A model generated the notes under the pieces. That model saw only the letters and a list, made by a program, of their open reading frames with translations, did no database searches and was not told the origin of the DNA. A program made the position numbers and the translations under genes. Positions 43,841 to 53,570 of a DNA stretch of 64,000 bases are shown piece by piece. Location: assembly GCA_964623775.1 (NCBI GenBank), contig CAZUVH010000001.1, positions 155,745 through 219,744 of the forward strand, read 5' to 3'. The stretch comes from an uncultured Candidatus Saccharibacteria bacterium (GTDB taxonomy: Bacteria; Patescibacteriota; Minisyncoccia; Phycocordibacterales; UBA2100). Within the stretch, counting starts at the first letter, position 1. Each line of letters opens with the position of its first letter.

Positions 43841-43865
43841 ATCAGGAAAGCGGTACAATAGAACA

Positions 43866-44888
43866 ATGCAAATCGGTACATTAAGGCAATGGATCGGGTA
43901 TTCCGTCGTGCTTGTAGTGGTTCTCCTCGTCGTCCCACCCTTTCTCACAAAAGCTGAGGGCACCGACGCAGACAAGATGTGCAATCCGTTTATTAAGCAA
44001 TGCGGATGTGGCGAGAAACCTAATCCCAAAACAGGAAAGTGTGAAAAAAAGGGTGGACCGGAGGTCAATACGAAGGATTGTCCGATGTACTGCAAGGACA
44101 ATACAAATGGTCATACGACCGTCGGACATTGCGTAGAGCAGAATAAATGCAAGGGCGATCTCTGCGATGGAAAACCATGCGAACAAAACAAAGGAGAAGG
44201 GGGCAAGCCGCCTGAGATGCCAAAACCACCGGAATCAAAAGACAGTCCTTCTTCAGGTGGGAGTCCGTGCGGAGCTGATGGCGCATCTACAGGTCTTCGA
44301 GATAGTATCGGAGCGATTCCGGGCGCTTCATCTACCCGGAGCGCCTCCTCGACGCCTTGCGGCTTGAGTGCAGAACAAGACAAATTCGTCGAATTCATGT
44401 CTGGCGCATCAACATCCGGATCGCAAGCGTCTGATTGGTACGGACAGAATCCATCGCAAGTTGCAAACGGCGAGGCAAGACCAACCCTTGAGAGTTATAT
44501 ACAACAGCTGCGCGGATATTTTGGCGGGATTCCATCTACGGCACAAATTCGCGCGGGAGATTCGGTGCAATCGGCGGCAGAGGCAGCGAGGTCCACGCTT
44601 GATGCGCGAGGATTCAATCTCAGTCTTGCTGACATCCAGCAATTGTCACTCTTGCCAGCATTTTTACGCGAAAATTCCGATGCGCTTCGTGTCAGTGCGG
44701 GCTCGGGCGTGAACGAAAATAGCAGCGGTCAGTCAGGAGGTCAAAATCAAGCACAGGGCGTGCCAGACAGTATTGCGCCATTTCGCGAGAGTCCTGCTAC
44801 GGGATTCTTGCCGCCAACACCCGGACAATCTTCACCTGGTTTCTTTGAAAGCAGATGGAGTGCCGTTAGAGCTTTTCTCGGACTTTAG
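43866..44888 (+). CDS. Secreted Cys-rich protein with low-complexity tail
   Basis: Signal peptide, then about 10 Cys in 70 aa, then a Ser/Gly/Pro-rich region. Confidence 0.7.
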   Translation: MQIGTLRQWIGYSVVLVVVLLVVPPFLTKAEGTDADKMCNPFIKQCGCGEKPNPKTGKCEKKGGPEVNTKDCPMYCKDNTNGHTTVGHCVEQNKCKGDLCDGKPCEQNKGEGGKPPEMPKPPESKDSPSSGGSPCGADGASTGLRDSIGAIPGASSTRSASSTPCGLSAEQDKFVEFMSGASTSGSQASDWYGQNPSQVANGEARPTLESYIQQLRGYFGGIPSTAQIRAGDSVQSAAEAARSTLDARGFNLSLADIQQLSLLPAFLRENSDALRVSAGSGVNENSSGQSGGQNQAQGVPDSIAPFRESPATGFLPPTPGQSSPGFFESRWSAVRAFLGL

Positions 44889-44976
44889 GCACACTGACGC
44901 AAGTGTCTTTACGATGAAAGTCCGCTACTGTACTCTTGCGTCAGGATTCTCGCGTCAACACTGAAGAGGCGGTAAG

Positions 44977-45894
44977 ATGGAACACATGGTAAAAGCTGTA
45001 GTCACGGGAGGCTCGGGATTCATCGGCTCGCATATCGTCGACGCTCTCGTGGAGCGCGGCGATGACGTCCACGTCATTGATAACTACGCGGGGGGAAAAT
45101 ACGAAGACCGTCTTAATAAGAAGGCGACGTACCATGACGTCGATGTCAGGGCGACCGTCGAGGTGCAGAAAATCATGGAGGGGACTGATGTCGTGTTTCA
45201 CTTGGCGGCCCTCCCACGCGTGCCGTTTTCAATTGCGAATCCGATAGAGTCGAGCGACACCAATATTATGGGCACGGTCTCGGTCCTCACTGCCGCAAAA
45301 GAGGCGAAGGTGCGACGGGTTGTATATTCTGCATCAGGTTCAGCATATGGTGAACAAAAGACGATGCCGCTTATGGAATCGATGCCTGCAAATCCCGTCA
45401 ATCCATACGGTTTGCAAAAACACGTCGGAGAGCTCTTTATGAAGGTGTGGTCGCATACGTACGGCATTGAGACAGTGAGTCTGCGCTATTTCAACATTTA
45501 TGGCTCGCGCATTGATCCGAAAGGTCCCTACGCGCTTGCTGTCGGTGCCTTTTTGCTCGCGCGAAAAGAGGGAAGGCCGCTCACGATTTTCGGCGATGGT
45601 ACGATTACGCGCGATTACACGCATGTACGCGATGCCGTGCGCGCTAATTTTCTTGCGGCCGATAGTCCGAAAGTCGGAAAAGGGGAGGTAATCAATATCG
45701 GTGCGGGCCGTAATGTGACTATCCAGTCGCTTGCAGAAATGATCGGTGGCGAAATCACGTACGGGCCGCCCCGTATCGAGGCGCATGATTCAAAAGCTGA
45801 TAACCGGCTCGCGAAGGAATTGCTCGGGTGGGAACCGACGATCATGCTCGAAGAGGGGATTGCTGAATTGAAAAAAGAATACGGTATTTCCTAA
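44977..45894 (+). CDS. NAD-dependent epimerase/dehydratase
   Basis: TGGSGFIGSH, YGLQK and LRYFNIYG. Confidence 0.93.
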   Translation: MEHMVKAVVTGGSGFIGSHIVDALVERGDDVHVIDNYAGGKYEDRLNKKATYHDVDVRATVEVQKIMEGTDVVFHLAALPRVPFSIANPIESSDTNIMGTVSVLTAAKEAKVRRVVYSASGSAYGEQKTMPLMESMPANPVNPYGLQKHVGELFMKVWSHTYGIETVSLRYFNIYGSRIDPKGPYALAVGAFLLARKEGRPLTIFGDGTITRDYTHVRDAVRANFLAADSPKVGKGEVINIGAGRNVTIQSLAEMIGGEITYGPPRIEAHDSKADNRLAKELLGWEPTIMLEEGIAELKKEYGIS

Positions 45895-45973
45895 TTGTGA
45901 CTTTGTTTTTTAATGGACGCCTGTATGAGGCGTCCATTTTATTTAGGTGCGCAACCGGTGGTAGTATGGGTCA

Positions 45974-46786
45974 ATGATTATCGATGGGCGCGCTATTGCG
46001 GAGAGATTATATGCGAGTCTTTTTGAGCGTCGTTCTCGCATGCGGGGTTCCGTCAGGCTCGGTGTTCTTGTCGGCGGGTCGGACCCGGTAACGGAATCAT
46101 TCATCCGGATCAAGGCGCGTGCCGCCGCTCGATTGCATGTAGAGATAATCCGTCGTGATTTGCAAAAAACGCCTCAGACAGAAGATGCGGTGGCAATCGT
46201 CGAAGAGCTCTCGGGCATGAGTGACGGTGTCATTGTGCAATTGCCACTTCCATCTGAAGTGAGTGTAGAGAAGGTGCTCTCTTCGATACCTCCGTCGCAT
46301 GACGTCGACGGGATTAATCCGCTCACGCTCGACGCAAATAGAATCGCGCACGCCCCCGTCGCGGAAGCGGTGGTAGAAATACTATCGCGATCCAATATCG
46401 ACCCCATGGGTACGCATGTCGTAGTCGTTGGCCAAGGCCGTCTGGTCGGCGCACCAGCAGCCGCGCTGCTGCAGCGGCTCGGAGCGAATGTGGCTATTGT
46501 GACGGACGCTGAGGGCTCGGTAAACGAGCTTCTGAGTGCCGACATCATGATTCTCGGCGCGGGCAATCCGGGCTTCATCAAGCCACAACATCTTAAAAAA
46601 GGGGTTGTATTGATTGACGCGGGTACCTCAGAATCCGGCGGCAAGGTCGTGGGCGATGCCGATCCTGCGTGTGCCGACGTGGCCTCGATTTTCACACCTG
46701 TCCCTGGCGGAGTCGGACCTATAGCGGTCGCGATGATTTTTAAGAATCTTTTCGATCTCGTCGACGCCGCATCAACCCGAGGCTGA
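45974..46786 (+). CDS. folD: Bifunctional methylene-THF dehydrogenase/cyclohydrolase
   Basis: IIDGRAIA, VQLPLP, DVDG and TPVPGGVGP. Confidence 0.93.
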   Translation: MIIDGRAIAERLYASLFERRSRMRGSVRLGVLVGGSDPVTESFIRIKARAAARLHVEIIRRDLQKTPQTEDAVAIVEELSGMSDGVIVQLPLPSEVSVEKVLSSIPPSHDVDGINPLTLDANRIAHAPVAEAVVEILSRSNIDPMGTHVVVVGQGRLVGAPAAALLQRLGANVAIVTDAEGSVNELLSADIMILGAGNPGFIKPQHLKKGVVLIDAGTSESGGKVVGDADPACADVASIFTPVPGGVGPIAVAMIFKNLFDLVDAASTRG

Positions 46787-46840
46787 TCGGCCTTGGGCCG
46801 AAAAAAGTAACTCCCCGATCGATTGATCGGGGAGCTGTGA

Positions 46841-47446
46841 CTAGTAGTTCCAGTTATCTTGCTCCATTCTTTTGAATGCACTTTTGACCGTGTCCTCGAG
46901 AGAGTCGTAAACCTCGAAGTGCCGCAAACGCTTCTTGTAATTTGCAATGATCGCCTTACGTCCCGGAAATTCCGGCTCAATCCCAAGAACGTATCGGATT
47001 TTGTTTCGGTCGTACATCATTCGGCCGAGCAAAAGTCCGACTTCAGTTCGTGAGTTCATTGCGTATGGGTTGCCATCCGATCGTGGTTCCGTCGCACTTT
47101 CAACGGGCAACCAATAAACCGCGCACCCTTGCGGCAGATGAATGGCAGCCATATCTGCAACGTATTCGATCCAGTCGAGGCGAGTATATCGCCTCAAAGG
47201 CGGTTGCTGTTCCGTTTCCCCGCGCTCAGCAGGGGGACGTGGCATTCGAAGCTTTGCGAATGGATGACTCTCCTCATACTGACAAGGCATCGCAGCGCAG
47301 AACTCATCGCCGAATTTCTCGGCGAAAAGTTCGTAGGCCCTTTTGCGCCAGTCGCCGCCCCCTTTGTCGGGGCCGCCGAAGAATATGAGCGGCTCCCTGA
47401 TGTCTTTTCTGAGGTCGGGAATTTTCACGGGGTAGATTACCGACAT
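46841..47446 (-). CDS. Nucleoside 2-deoxyribosyltransferase-like protein (SD-led)
   Basis: IFFGGP..GGGDWR, W..E and SRTEVG pattern; TAAGGAG upstream. Confidence 0.6.
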   Translation of the reverse strand: MSVIYPVKIPDLRKDIREPLIFFGGPDKGGGDWRKRAYELFAEKFGDEFCAAMPCQYEESHPFAKLRMPRPPAERGETEQQPPLRRYTRLDWIEYVADMAAIHLPQGCAVYWLPVESATEPRSDGNPYAMNSRTEVGLLLGRMMYDRNKIRYVLGIEPEFPGRKAIIANYKKRLRHFEVYDSLEDTVKSAFKRMEQDNWNY

Positions 47447-47545
47447 GAAGCAACTCCTTACATTGAATTTTGACTGACGTCACTCTATACCTCGTTCCAA
47501 GAATTGCAAAGAAATAGACCCCGACGTATGTCGGGGTCTTGAGTG

Positions 47546-48370
47546 TCAGATTGAGAACGAGCGCTCGTATGCTTTCAGCTCCGCGTCGCGCTCAAGGAGC
47601 CATGCGGCTTCGTTTGCATCCGAAACAGGGTGCGCAAACGAGATGTGGGAGTACCGGTCGACGTCCTCGAGCCGGTCGTACTTGACGCCGTGCAAGGTAC
47701 CTCTGCCGAGCTTGCCGTGCGAGATGGCACCAAACTTCCGGCCAGGGAAGAGGCCCACCTTGCTGCAGGTCGTCTCGTCGATACGTTTCCACTCGTCAAA
47801 CGGCGTATGCACCATGAGGCCTGTTTGCGAGGCTCCCCAGTGATTGGTGATGCCACCGCGATCGAGATGTGGAAAAGCGTCGGATTTGCCCGGGTACGCG
47901 CGCAGGTAGCGCAGGTCGCGAGAAATGATGCGTCCGCGGCTGAATCGCTCGACCATCGATCCGTTGTATGCACCAAGTTTGGCGTTGAGAATATCGACGC
48001 TCGCTGCGATGGCAAGAACGTTCTCGCGTGCCCGCGCATCGAGTTCGCGGTGCGCATCAAAAAATTCTCTAAGTCCGACATCGCGGCGGACTTCAGGCAT
48101 GTCCTCGAAATGTGCATCGATCGCGTAGTGGAAAATCCACTTGTGCTCGTCGTCGGTGCGTAGCACGAGGCCGACCTCTTGCGCATATGCTTTGCCGTAG
48201 TGGTCCTCTTCGAGGACTCGCCACGGAAAAAGCTTTGCGAGGCCCGGATCCTCGGTGATACGTTCCATACCGCTTCGGATGATCTCCAGCCGTGGGCGCA
48301 GGAACCGCTCCTCGATCGGGAACTCGACGTAGCCCTGATGCAATATCGTCTCTCCAACGGTGGGGAACAT
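47546..48370 (-). CDS. 2OG-Fe(II) oxygenase (IPNS-like fold)
   Basis: LRY...HLD...LHGV...RYS..SF (HxD...H...RxS). Confidence 0.75.
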   Translation of the reverse strand: MFPTVGETILHQGYVEFPIEERFLRPRLEIIRSGMERITEDPGLAKLFPWRVLEEDHYGKAYAQEVGLVLRTDDEHKWIFHYAIDAHFEDMPEVRRDVGLREFFDAHRELDARARENVLAIAASVDILNAKLGAYNGSMVERFSRGRIISRDLRYLRAYPGKSDAFPHLDRGGITNHWGASQTGLMVHTPFDEWKRIDETTCSKVGLFPGRKFGAISHGKLGRGTLHGVKYDRLEDVDRYSHISFAHPVSDANEAAWLLERDAELKAYERSFSI

Positions 48371-48460
48371 GGTAATGCCTTTCTCAACTTGGAGGAGTGA
48401 AGGACCAACCAAACTACTGGCTAATTCCTGCGCCAACCGTAGCACGCGTGTTTTTTTGAG

Positions 48461-48563
48461 TTATCCACACGCTGTCCACAATCCACAACTGTACGAAGGG
48501 GTATACCACCACACCAATAGCGGCTGATTCCAAGTTCATCTCAGCGATTTTTTGTGTGGAAAA
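48461..48563. promoter_or_regulatory. DnaA-box cluster
   Basis: TTATCCACA 48461, CTGTCCACA 48472, CAATCCACA 48479 and TGTGGAAAA 48555. Confidence 0.5.
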
Positions 48564-48618
48564 AGTATGACTCCGGTGCGCCGTTTACAGCTATTGGTGT
48601 GGTGGTATACTGCCGCCC

Positions 48619-49932
48619 ATGGTTAGAAGGCGAATGACAGCGCTCCTCATCCTCGTTCTTGGGGCGGCTTTAGGCTACTTCGTCTACTGGTCGCAGCTGA
48701 ATCAGTGGCGACCATTCAAACTCGGCCTCGATCTCTCCGGCGGTACGCAGCTCGTCTACAATGCCGACACGAGCAAAGTGGAGGGCGATATCGCGGAATC
48801 TCTCGCGGCATTGCAGGCAGTCATCGAGCGCCGCATCAACGCCTTTGGCGTCGGCGAGCCTCTCGTCCAGACAGAACAAGCGGGTGCGTTGGGCAGGGGA
48901 AGTTATCGCCTCATTGTCGAATTGCCGGGCGTGACAGATGTGAATGCGGCGGTCAAATCAATCGGCCAGACACCTCTTCTTGAATTCAGGCTCGTGAAGC
49001 CCGGAATGGAGGCGTCGATGGCGAAAGAAGATGGCACACTCAATCCTGACGCGTTTGCCGATACGGGCCTTACGGGCAAGTACTTGAAAAATGCACAGCT
49101 TCAGTTTGGCAACGGTTCCGGCATCACCTCTGAGCCTGTTGTTGTCATTAATTTCGATTCCGCAGGCGGCAAACTCTTCGGCGAGATCACAACGGCAAAC
49201 GTCGGCAAACAAATCGCAATTTTTCTCGACGGGGCACTTCTTTCGGCGCCCGTCGTCAACGAACCGATTCGTGACGGCACTGCGGTGATCTCGGGCAATT
49301 TCTCTCCGGATGCGGCTAAAGAAATGGTGCGCAATCTAAACCTTGGTGCGCTGCCCGTACCGATCACCCTTGCCTCTACACAGACTATTGGTGCGACGCT
49401 CGGCGACAAATCCGTGCAGGCGGGCGTACTTGCTGGTGTCATCGGCTTCCTCGCGCTCTCTATTTTCATGATCCTCTGGTACAGATTGCCGGGCATTATC
49501 GCGGTTGTCTCACTTGTTATCTACACTGCGATCATGCTCTCACTCTTCCAACTGATCCCAGTCGTGCTCACTGCTGCCGGTATTGCCGCCTTCATACTCT
49601 CGGTCGGACTTGCCGTCGATGCGAATATTCTTATCGCGGAGCGCATGAAAGAAGAGCTCGCTGCGGGTAAAAAGACGGAAGAGGCGATTCGTGAGGGATT
49701 TTCGCGTGCGTGGCTCGCAATCCGCGACTCAAATGTCGCGCACATCATCGCGAGCATCATTCTTTTCTGGCTTGGTACCTCGATCATCAAAGGATTTGCG
49801 CTCGTTTTCGGACTCGGCGTAATCGTCTCGATGTTCTCGGCGATAACGATTTCTCGGTCATTCCTCCGCGCAATTGGCATTCAGGCAGAAGGGGGTTTTG
49901 GACGCTTCCTGATGCGATCAGGCATTAAATAA
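48619..49932 (+). CDS. secD: Protein translocase subunit SecD
   Basis: LGLDLSGG, RINAFGVGEP, GALPVP and AVDANILIAER. Confidence 0.97.
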   Translation: MVRRRMTALLILVLGAALGYFVYWSQLNQWRPFKLGLDLSGGTQLVYNADTSKVEGDIAESLAALQAVIERRINAFGVGEPLVQTEQAGALGRGSYRLIVELPGVTDVNAAVKSIGQTPLLEFRLVKPGMEASMAKEDGTLNPDAFADTGLTGKYLKNAQLQFGNGSGITSEPVVVINFDSAGGKLFGEITTANVGKQIAIFLDGALLSAPVVNEPIRDGTAVISGNFSPDAAKEMVRNLNLGALPVPITLASTQTIGATLGDKSVQAGVLAGVIGFLALSIFMILWYRLPGIIAVVSLVIYTAIMLSLFQLIPVVLTAAGIAAFILSVGLAVDANILIAERMKEELAAGKKTEEAIREGFSRAWLAIRDSNVAHIIASIILFWLGTSIIKGFALVFGLGVIVSMFSAITISRSFLRAIGIQAEGGFGRFLMRSGIK

Positions 49933-49993
49933 TTTTCAATCAATTTCCAATGTCTCAATTTGAAAATTGAAAATTGCAAATTAAAAATTCACC

Positions 49994-50887
49994 ATGAACA
50001 TTGCAAATCACAAATTCCTCATACTTCCTACAGTTGTATCACTCATTGCAATCGGCGCACTTGTTGCATGGGGACTGAAGCCCGGCATTGATCTCACAGG
50101 TGGTTCGCTGATGCAGATCTCGTATCCTACCGATCGGCCCGCTGTCGAATTAGTGCATGAGACGGTGCGCCCTCTCAATCTCGGCGAAGTGCGCGTGCAG
50201 CCGACGGGTGACAATGGGTACATCCTTCGTGCGCGCGACCTCACCAATGACGAGAAAAATGCACTTACTGTCGCACTCTCCACACTTGGTCAGGTGCATG
50301 AAGATCAGTTCAATTCCGTCGGGCCTTCACTCGGAGCCGAGATGCTCAGCAAGGGGTTGATAGCACTCGCCTTGGTAGGAGCCTCTATCATTCTCTTCAT
50401 TGCGCTTGCCTTTCGTAAGGTGTCGAAACCAGTCGCATCGTGGAAGTATGGCATTGTGGCGATCGTCACTCTGATCCACGATATTCTTATTCCCGTAGGC
50501 CTTTTTGCGATCCTCGGACACATAAAGGGGAGCGAAGTGGACACGCTCTTCATCGTCGCACTCCTCACACTTCTCGGTGTATCGATCAACAATACGATCG
50601 TCGTCTTCGATCGCATACGAGAAAATCTCAGACGTAATGAGGAGTATCGAAGGAAGGAGGCTTTCGGCGAGGTAGTAGGCAAAAGTATTATGCAGACCCT
50701 TGCTCGCTCCATGAACACCACGATCACTGTGATTATCGTCCTCATCGCACTCTACGTGCTTGGACCTGTCGCAACGCGCGACTTCGCGCTCACGCTCATT
50801 GTCGGCATGATTGCCGGAGCCTATTCGTCGATTTTCCTCGCTTCGCCGCTCTTGGTGATGTGGGAAAGACTCCAGAAAAAAGCGTAG
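49994..50887 (+). CDS. secF: Protein translocase subunit SecF
   Basis: GIDLTGG, VGPSLG, SINNTIVVFDRIRE and YSSIFLA. Confidence 0.97.
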   Translation: MNIANHKFLILPTVVSLIAIGALVAWGLKPGIDLTGGSLMQISYPTDRPAVELVHETVRPLNLGEVRVQPTGDNGYILRARDLTNDEKNALTVALSTLGQVHEDQFNSVGPSLGAEMLSKGLIALALVGASIILFIALAFRKVSKPVASWKYGIVAIVTLIHDILIPVGLFAILGHIKGSEVDTLFIVALLTLLGVSINNTIVVFDRIRENLRRNEEYRRKEAFGEVVGKSIMQTLARSMNTTITVIIVLIALYVLGPVATRDFALTLIVGMIAGAYSSIFLASPLLVMWERLQKKA

Positions 50888-50990
50888 ATCAAAGCAGCCT
50901 TCGCCTCCGTGCCTATAGACACTCTCCACACACCCACGTTGATACGTGGGTTTTTCGAGGTCTAATTACATAAGATCAAAGGAGTAACCG

Positions 50991-51629
50991 ATGCGTTCGG
51001 TAGCGATGGTTTTTGGCCTCATCCTAGCTTTCTTTTACTTCGATTCTGCGCATGCAGAAGATTTTTTTACCGCGAAGCGGATCCTTCTTCGTGAAGGGGC
51101 GGTGGCATTAAAGTGGCAAGCTCTTTTGAGGCGTCACGCAATCGAAAGTACCGAACTTGATGCATGTAGGAGTGATCCAAGTACATGTACTGCGAGTCAA
51201 AAAAACTACTTGGCGCTCCTTGAAATCGCACGCGGTAAAAAACCGGGCATACTGAATCGTGCGATCAATTACTCGATCCGGTACACTGGCGATTTTTCGC
51301 AGCATGGGCACGTGGATGTATGGAGTACTCCGCTCGAGACGCTTGCGACCGGAAGGGGAGACTGCGAAGACTACGCCATCTTAAAGTTTCTGCTTTTCAA
51401 AGATGCAGGCGTCCCGGCGGAAGACCGGCGACTGATCATCACGCGTGAAAAGAATCTCCATGACGGAAAAGATAGAGATCACATGCTGCTGGCTCTCAAG
51501 GTGGAAGGGACCTGGCTCCTCCTGGACAGTCGCCACCTTAGCTTGCTCGGAGTACGGGAGATGACGGCAGAGATTCTCTTCGTGCTCGACGAAAGTGACG
51601 TGCATCTGACACTACGTAAAGGTAAATAA
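50991..51629 (+). CDS. Transglutaminase-like cysteine peptidase (BTLCP/LapG family)
   Basis: Signal peptide; DVWSTPLETL..GRGDCEDYAILK, HMLL and LLDS. Confidence 0.85.
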   Translation: MRSVAMVFGLILAFFYFDSAHAEDFFTAKRILLREGAVALKWQALLRRHAIESTELDACRSDPSTCTASQKNYLALLEIARGKKPGILNRAINYSIRYTGDFSQHGHVDVWSTPLETLATGRGDCEDYAILKFLLFKDAGVPAEDRRLIITREKNLHDGKDRDHMLLALKVEGTWLLLDSRHLSLLGVREMTAEILFVLDESDVHLTLRKGK

Positions 51630-51660
51630 AAAAGGCGGCAGATATTCTGCCGCCTTTGTT

Positions 51661-52137
51661 TCATGCCGCTTCTCGAATCGTACCGACGAAATTGCGAATG
51701 ATATCTGCCGCGGAGGGTGCGATTCCATTTTCGATCACATCTTCCATAACAAGCGAGTCTGTACACTCGCATGGGATCCTTGCGTGGTCCAAGTACGAGG
51801 TGACTGCCGCGAAATCGGCGCGTTTCTCTTTGAGAAGCCACGCGTGCTGATCCAGTGCTTCGCTGTTCAGAAAGACGAGGCCGATCCGGATGCTCGTGGC
51901 GCGCGCCTGCGCCTGAAGCACGAGATCGCTGTAATCGTCCGTCCCTTTCACTATCAGAATGAAATGACTGTTTCCTCGCAGATTGTGAGAGAATTTCCCC
52001 CAGCTGAATACTGTACCCGGTGCGTTGGTTCGCTTGTACGCGACCGAGCCGACACCTGCTCGCATGCAAGCTATTCCGATAGCGTGCCTGTCGTCTGCGG
52101 AGAGATGCTGCGATCCTGCGATAATGACATTCGTCAT
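51661..52137 (-). CDS. Hypothetical protein
   Basis: 158-aa ORF with AAGGAAG upstream; shares the hairpin at 51630-51657. Confidence 0.6.
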   Translation of the reverse strand: MTNVIIAGSQHLSADDRHAIGIACMRAGVGSVAYKRTNAPGTVFSWGKFSHNLRGNSHFILIVKGTDDYSDLVLQAQARATSIRIGLVFLNSEALDQHAWLLKEKRADFAAVTSYLDHARIPCECTDSLVMEDVIENGIAPSAADIIRNFVGTIREAA

Positions 52138-52251
52138 CACTTCTTCCTTCTCAAAAGAACTATCGAATGTTTGTAGCTTTTTCCGTGCGCGTTGTCAACG
52201 ATTTCTCACTCATGTACTATCGGCGCAGTCGAGAGATATAAGGAGAAGAAA

Positions 52252-52512
52252 ATGGCAGTGACGTGGGTCCTCGTCATTCGACCAGACAAACGAGATCGCA
52301 GGGATGCGAAGAATAGGCTGATGCTTTTTACGAAAATCAGAGAAGCCGGATACCAGCCGTATGAGATTGGCCGAGCGAATCGACGCGAACTCGAAAAAGA
52401 TAATATCCGTCGAAAGTTCGCTGATTTCGTCGCTTTTACAGACGAGAGCGCGCCGGAATTGAAAGAGCTTGTGTATCTGGCACGCTTTCGCCGCTTCACG
52501 CCGAAGAAATGA
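52252..52512 (+). CDS. Hypothetical protein (SD-led orphan)
   Basis: TACTAT -10 and TAAGGAG upstream. Confidence 0.6.
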   Translation: MAVTWVLVIRPDKRDRRDAKNRLMLFTKIREAGYQPYEIGRANRRELEKDNIRRKFADFVAFTDESAPELKELVYLARFRRFTPKK

Positions 52513-52576
52513 TCGCCATTGTCAGCTTGTTTCTCATCTGGTAGTATCGCGACCGGAACAACAGAAGGAGATTGTT

Positions 52577-52738
52577 ATGTGCACATACCGCCGTTCGCCC
52601 GGCCCCAACGACCATGTGGAGCTCGATCAGGATGAGGTGAAACGCGTCGCTGAACGCCAACCGCCCCCTCCTTCGGATGTGCCACTCGGCACCCCGTTCG
52701 ATAACCTCTGGCAGCGGGCACCCTCAGGTCGCAAGTAA
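52577..52738 (+). CDS. Small hypothetical protein (SD-led orphan)
   Basis: TAGTAT -10 and AAGGAG upstream. Confidence 0.5.
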   Translation: MCTYRRSPGPNDHVELDQDEVKRVAERQPPPPSDVPLGTPFDNLWQRAPSGRK

Positions 52739-52751
52739 AGGTATCGCGGTG

Positions 52752-53027
52752 ATGACTTCAGTAGCGGATCTGATTGAGAAGCTCACTGTTGCGATCGCGA
52801 AATGCGAAAAAGATCCGAGCGGTTTCTTCGCTGATCTCGAATTCATCGGCGCCGCGTTGCAGGACGCAGCGGCAAAGGCTGCGCTCGACAAGGTGATCGA
52901 AGAGCTGCGCGTAAAAGAGCGCCTCCAGGAATTAACGATCGAGGTCGCAATGATGGCACTCGGCTTTCTCATGAACCACCTCATGGCGTCACAAGGAGCC
53001 GATGTTATTGCAGCCGTGTTCTTTTGA
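52752..53027 (+). CDS. Hypothetical helical protein
   Basis: 91-aa ORF with AAAGGT upstream; terminator at 53034-53059. Confidence 0.55.
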   Translation: MTSVADLIEKLTVAIAKCEKDPSGFFADLEFIGAALQDAAAKAALDKVIEELRVKERLQELTIEVAMMALGFLMNHLMASQGADVIAAVFF

Positions 53028-53069
53028 TACTCTAAAAGCCCCGCTCTGCGGGGCTTTTTACTGCCTCGC

Positions 53070-53098
53070 TTGACTCGATATGGGGCCTTGTATATACT
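53070..53098 (+). promoter_or_regulatory. sigma70 promoter of the 16S unit
   Basis: TTGACT-17 bp-TATACT; boxA-like ACCTTGAAAACTGAA near 53213. Confidence 0.8.
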
Positions 53099-53570
53099 CC
53101 TTTGACCATCGCTCCTGATGGCTTGTCTGCGGGTCACTCGACCTACTACATACTGAACCCCCAAAAGGGAGGAGCATGGTGCCGATGTATGCTTACGCAA
53201 AACTCGGATAGAACCTTGAAAACTGAATATCAATTCGTATCAAATTCTGTAGCGGAATTTGGTATGAAAAGCAATGCAAAATTAGATGGAATTAATTCCA
53301 TCTGGTAAGCATCACACAAGCAACCAAGTAATAAAGTAATTAAGAAATTGAATTTCTAAAGAAATTCAATGCTGTCAGCGCTCGCTCGGTAATGAAAGTA
53401 AACTTTCATTCCGCTCGCTCGCTAGACAGACAAACAGTACTGCGTTCAATAATCCGTTGAACGTAGAGGAAAAAAGACCGATGAAAATCGGACATTCTTT
53501 TGTTCCGTCCAATCCTAAGATAAGAGCTCAAAACTCATGTATCGGGTGATCCCCTAAAAAGGTAATCACT

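Noticed and set aside
48461-48563. oriC
   Set aside because: There is no dnaA/dnaN nearby and no clear AT-rich unwinding element; kept only as a DnaA-box cluster.
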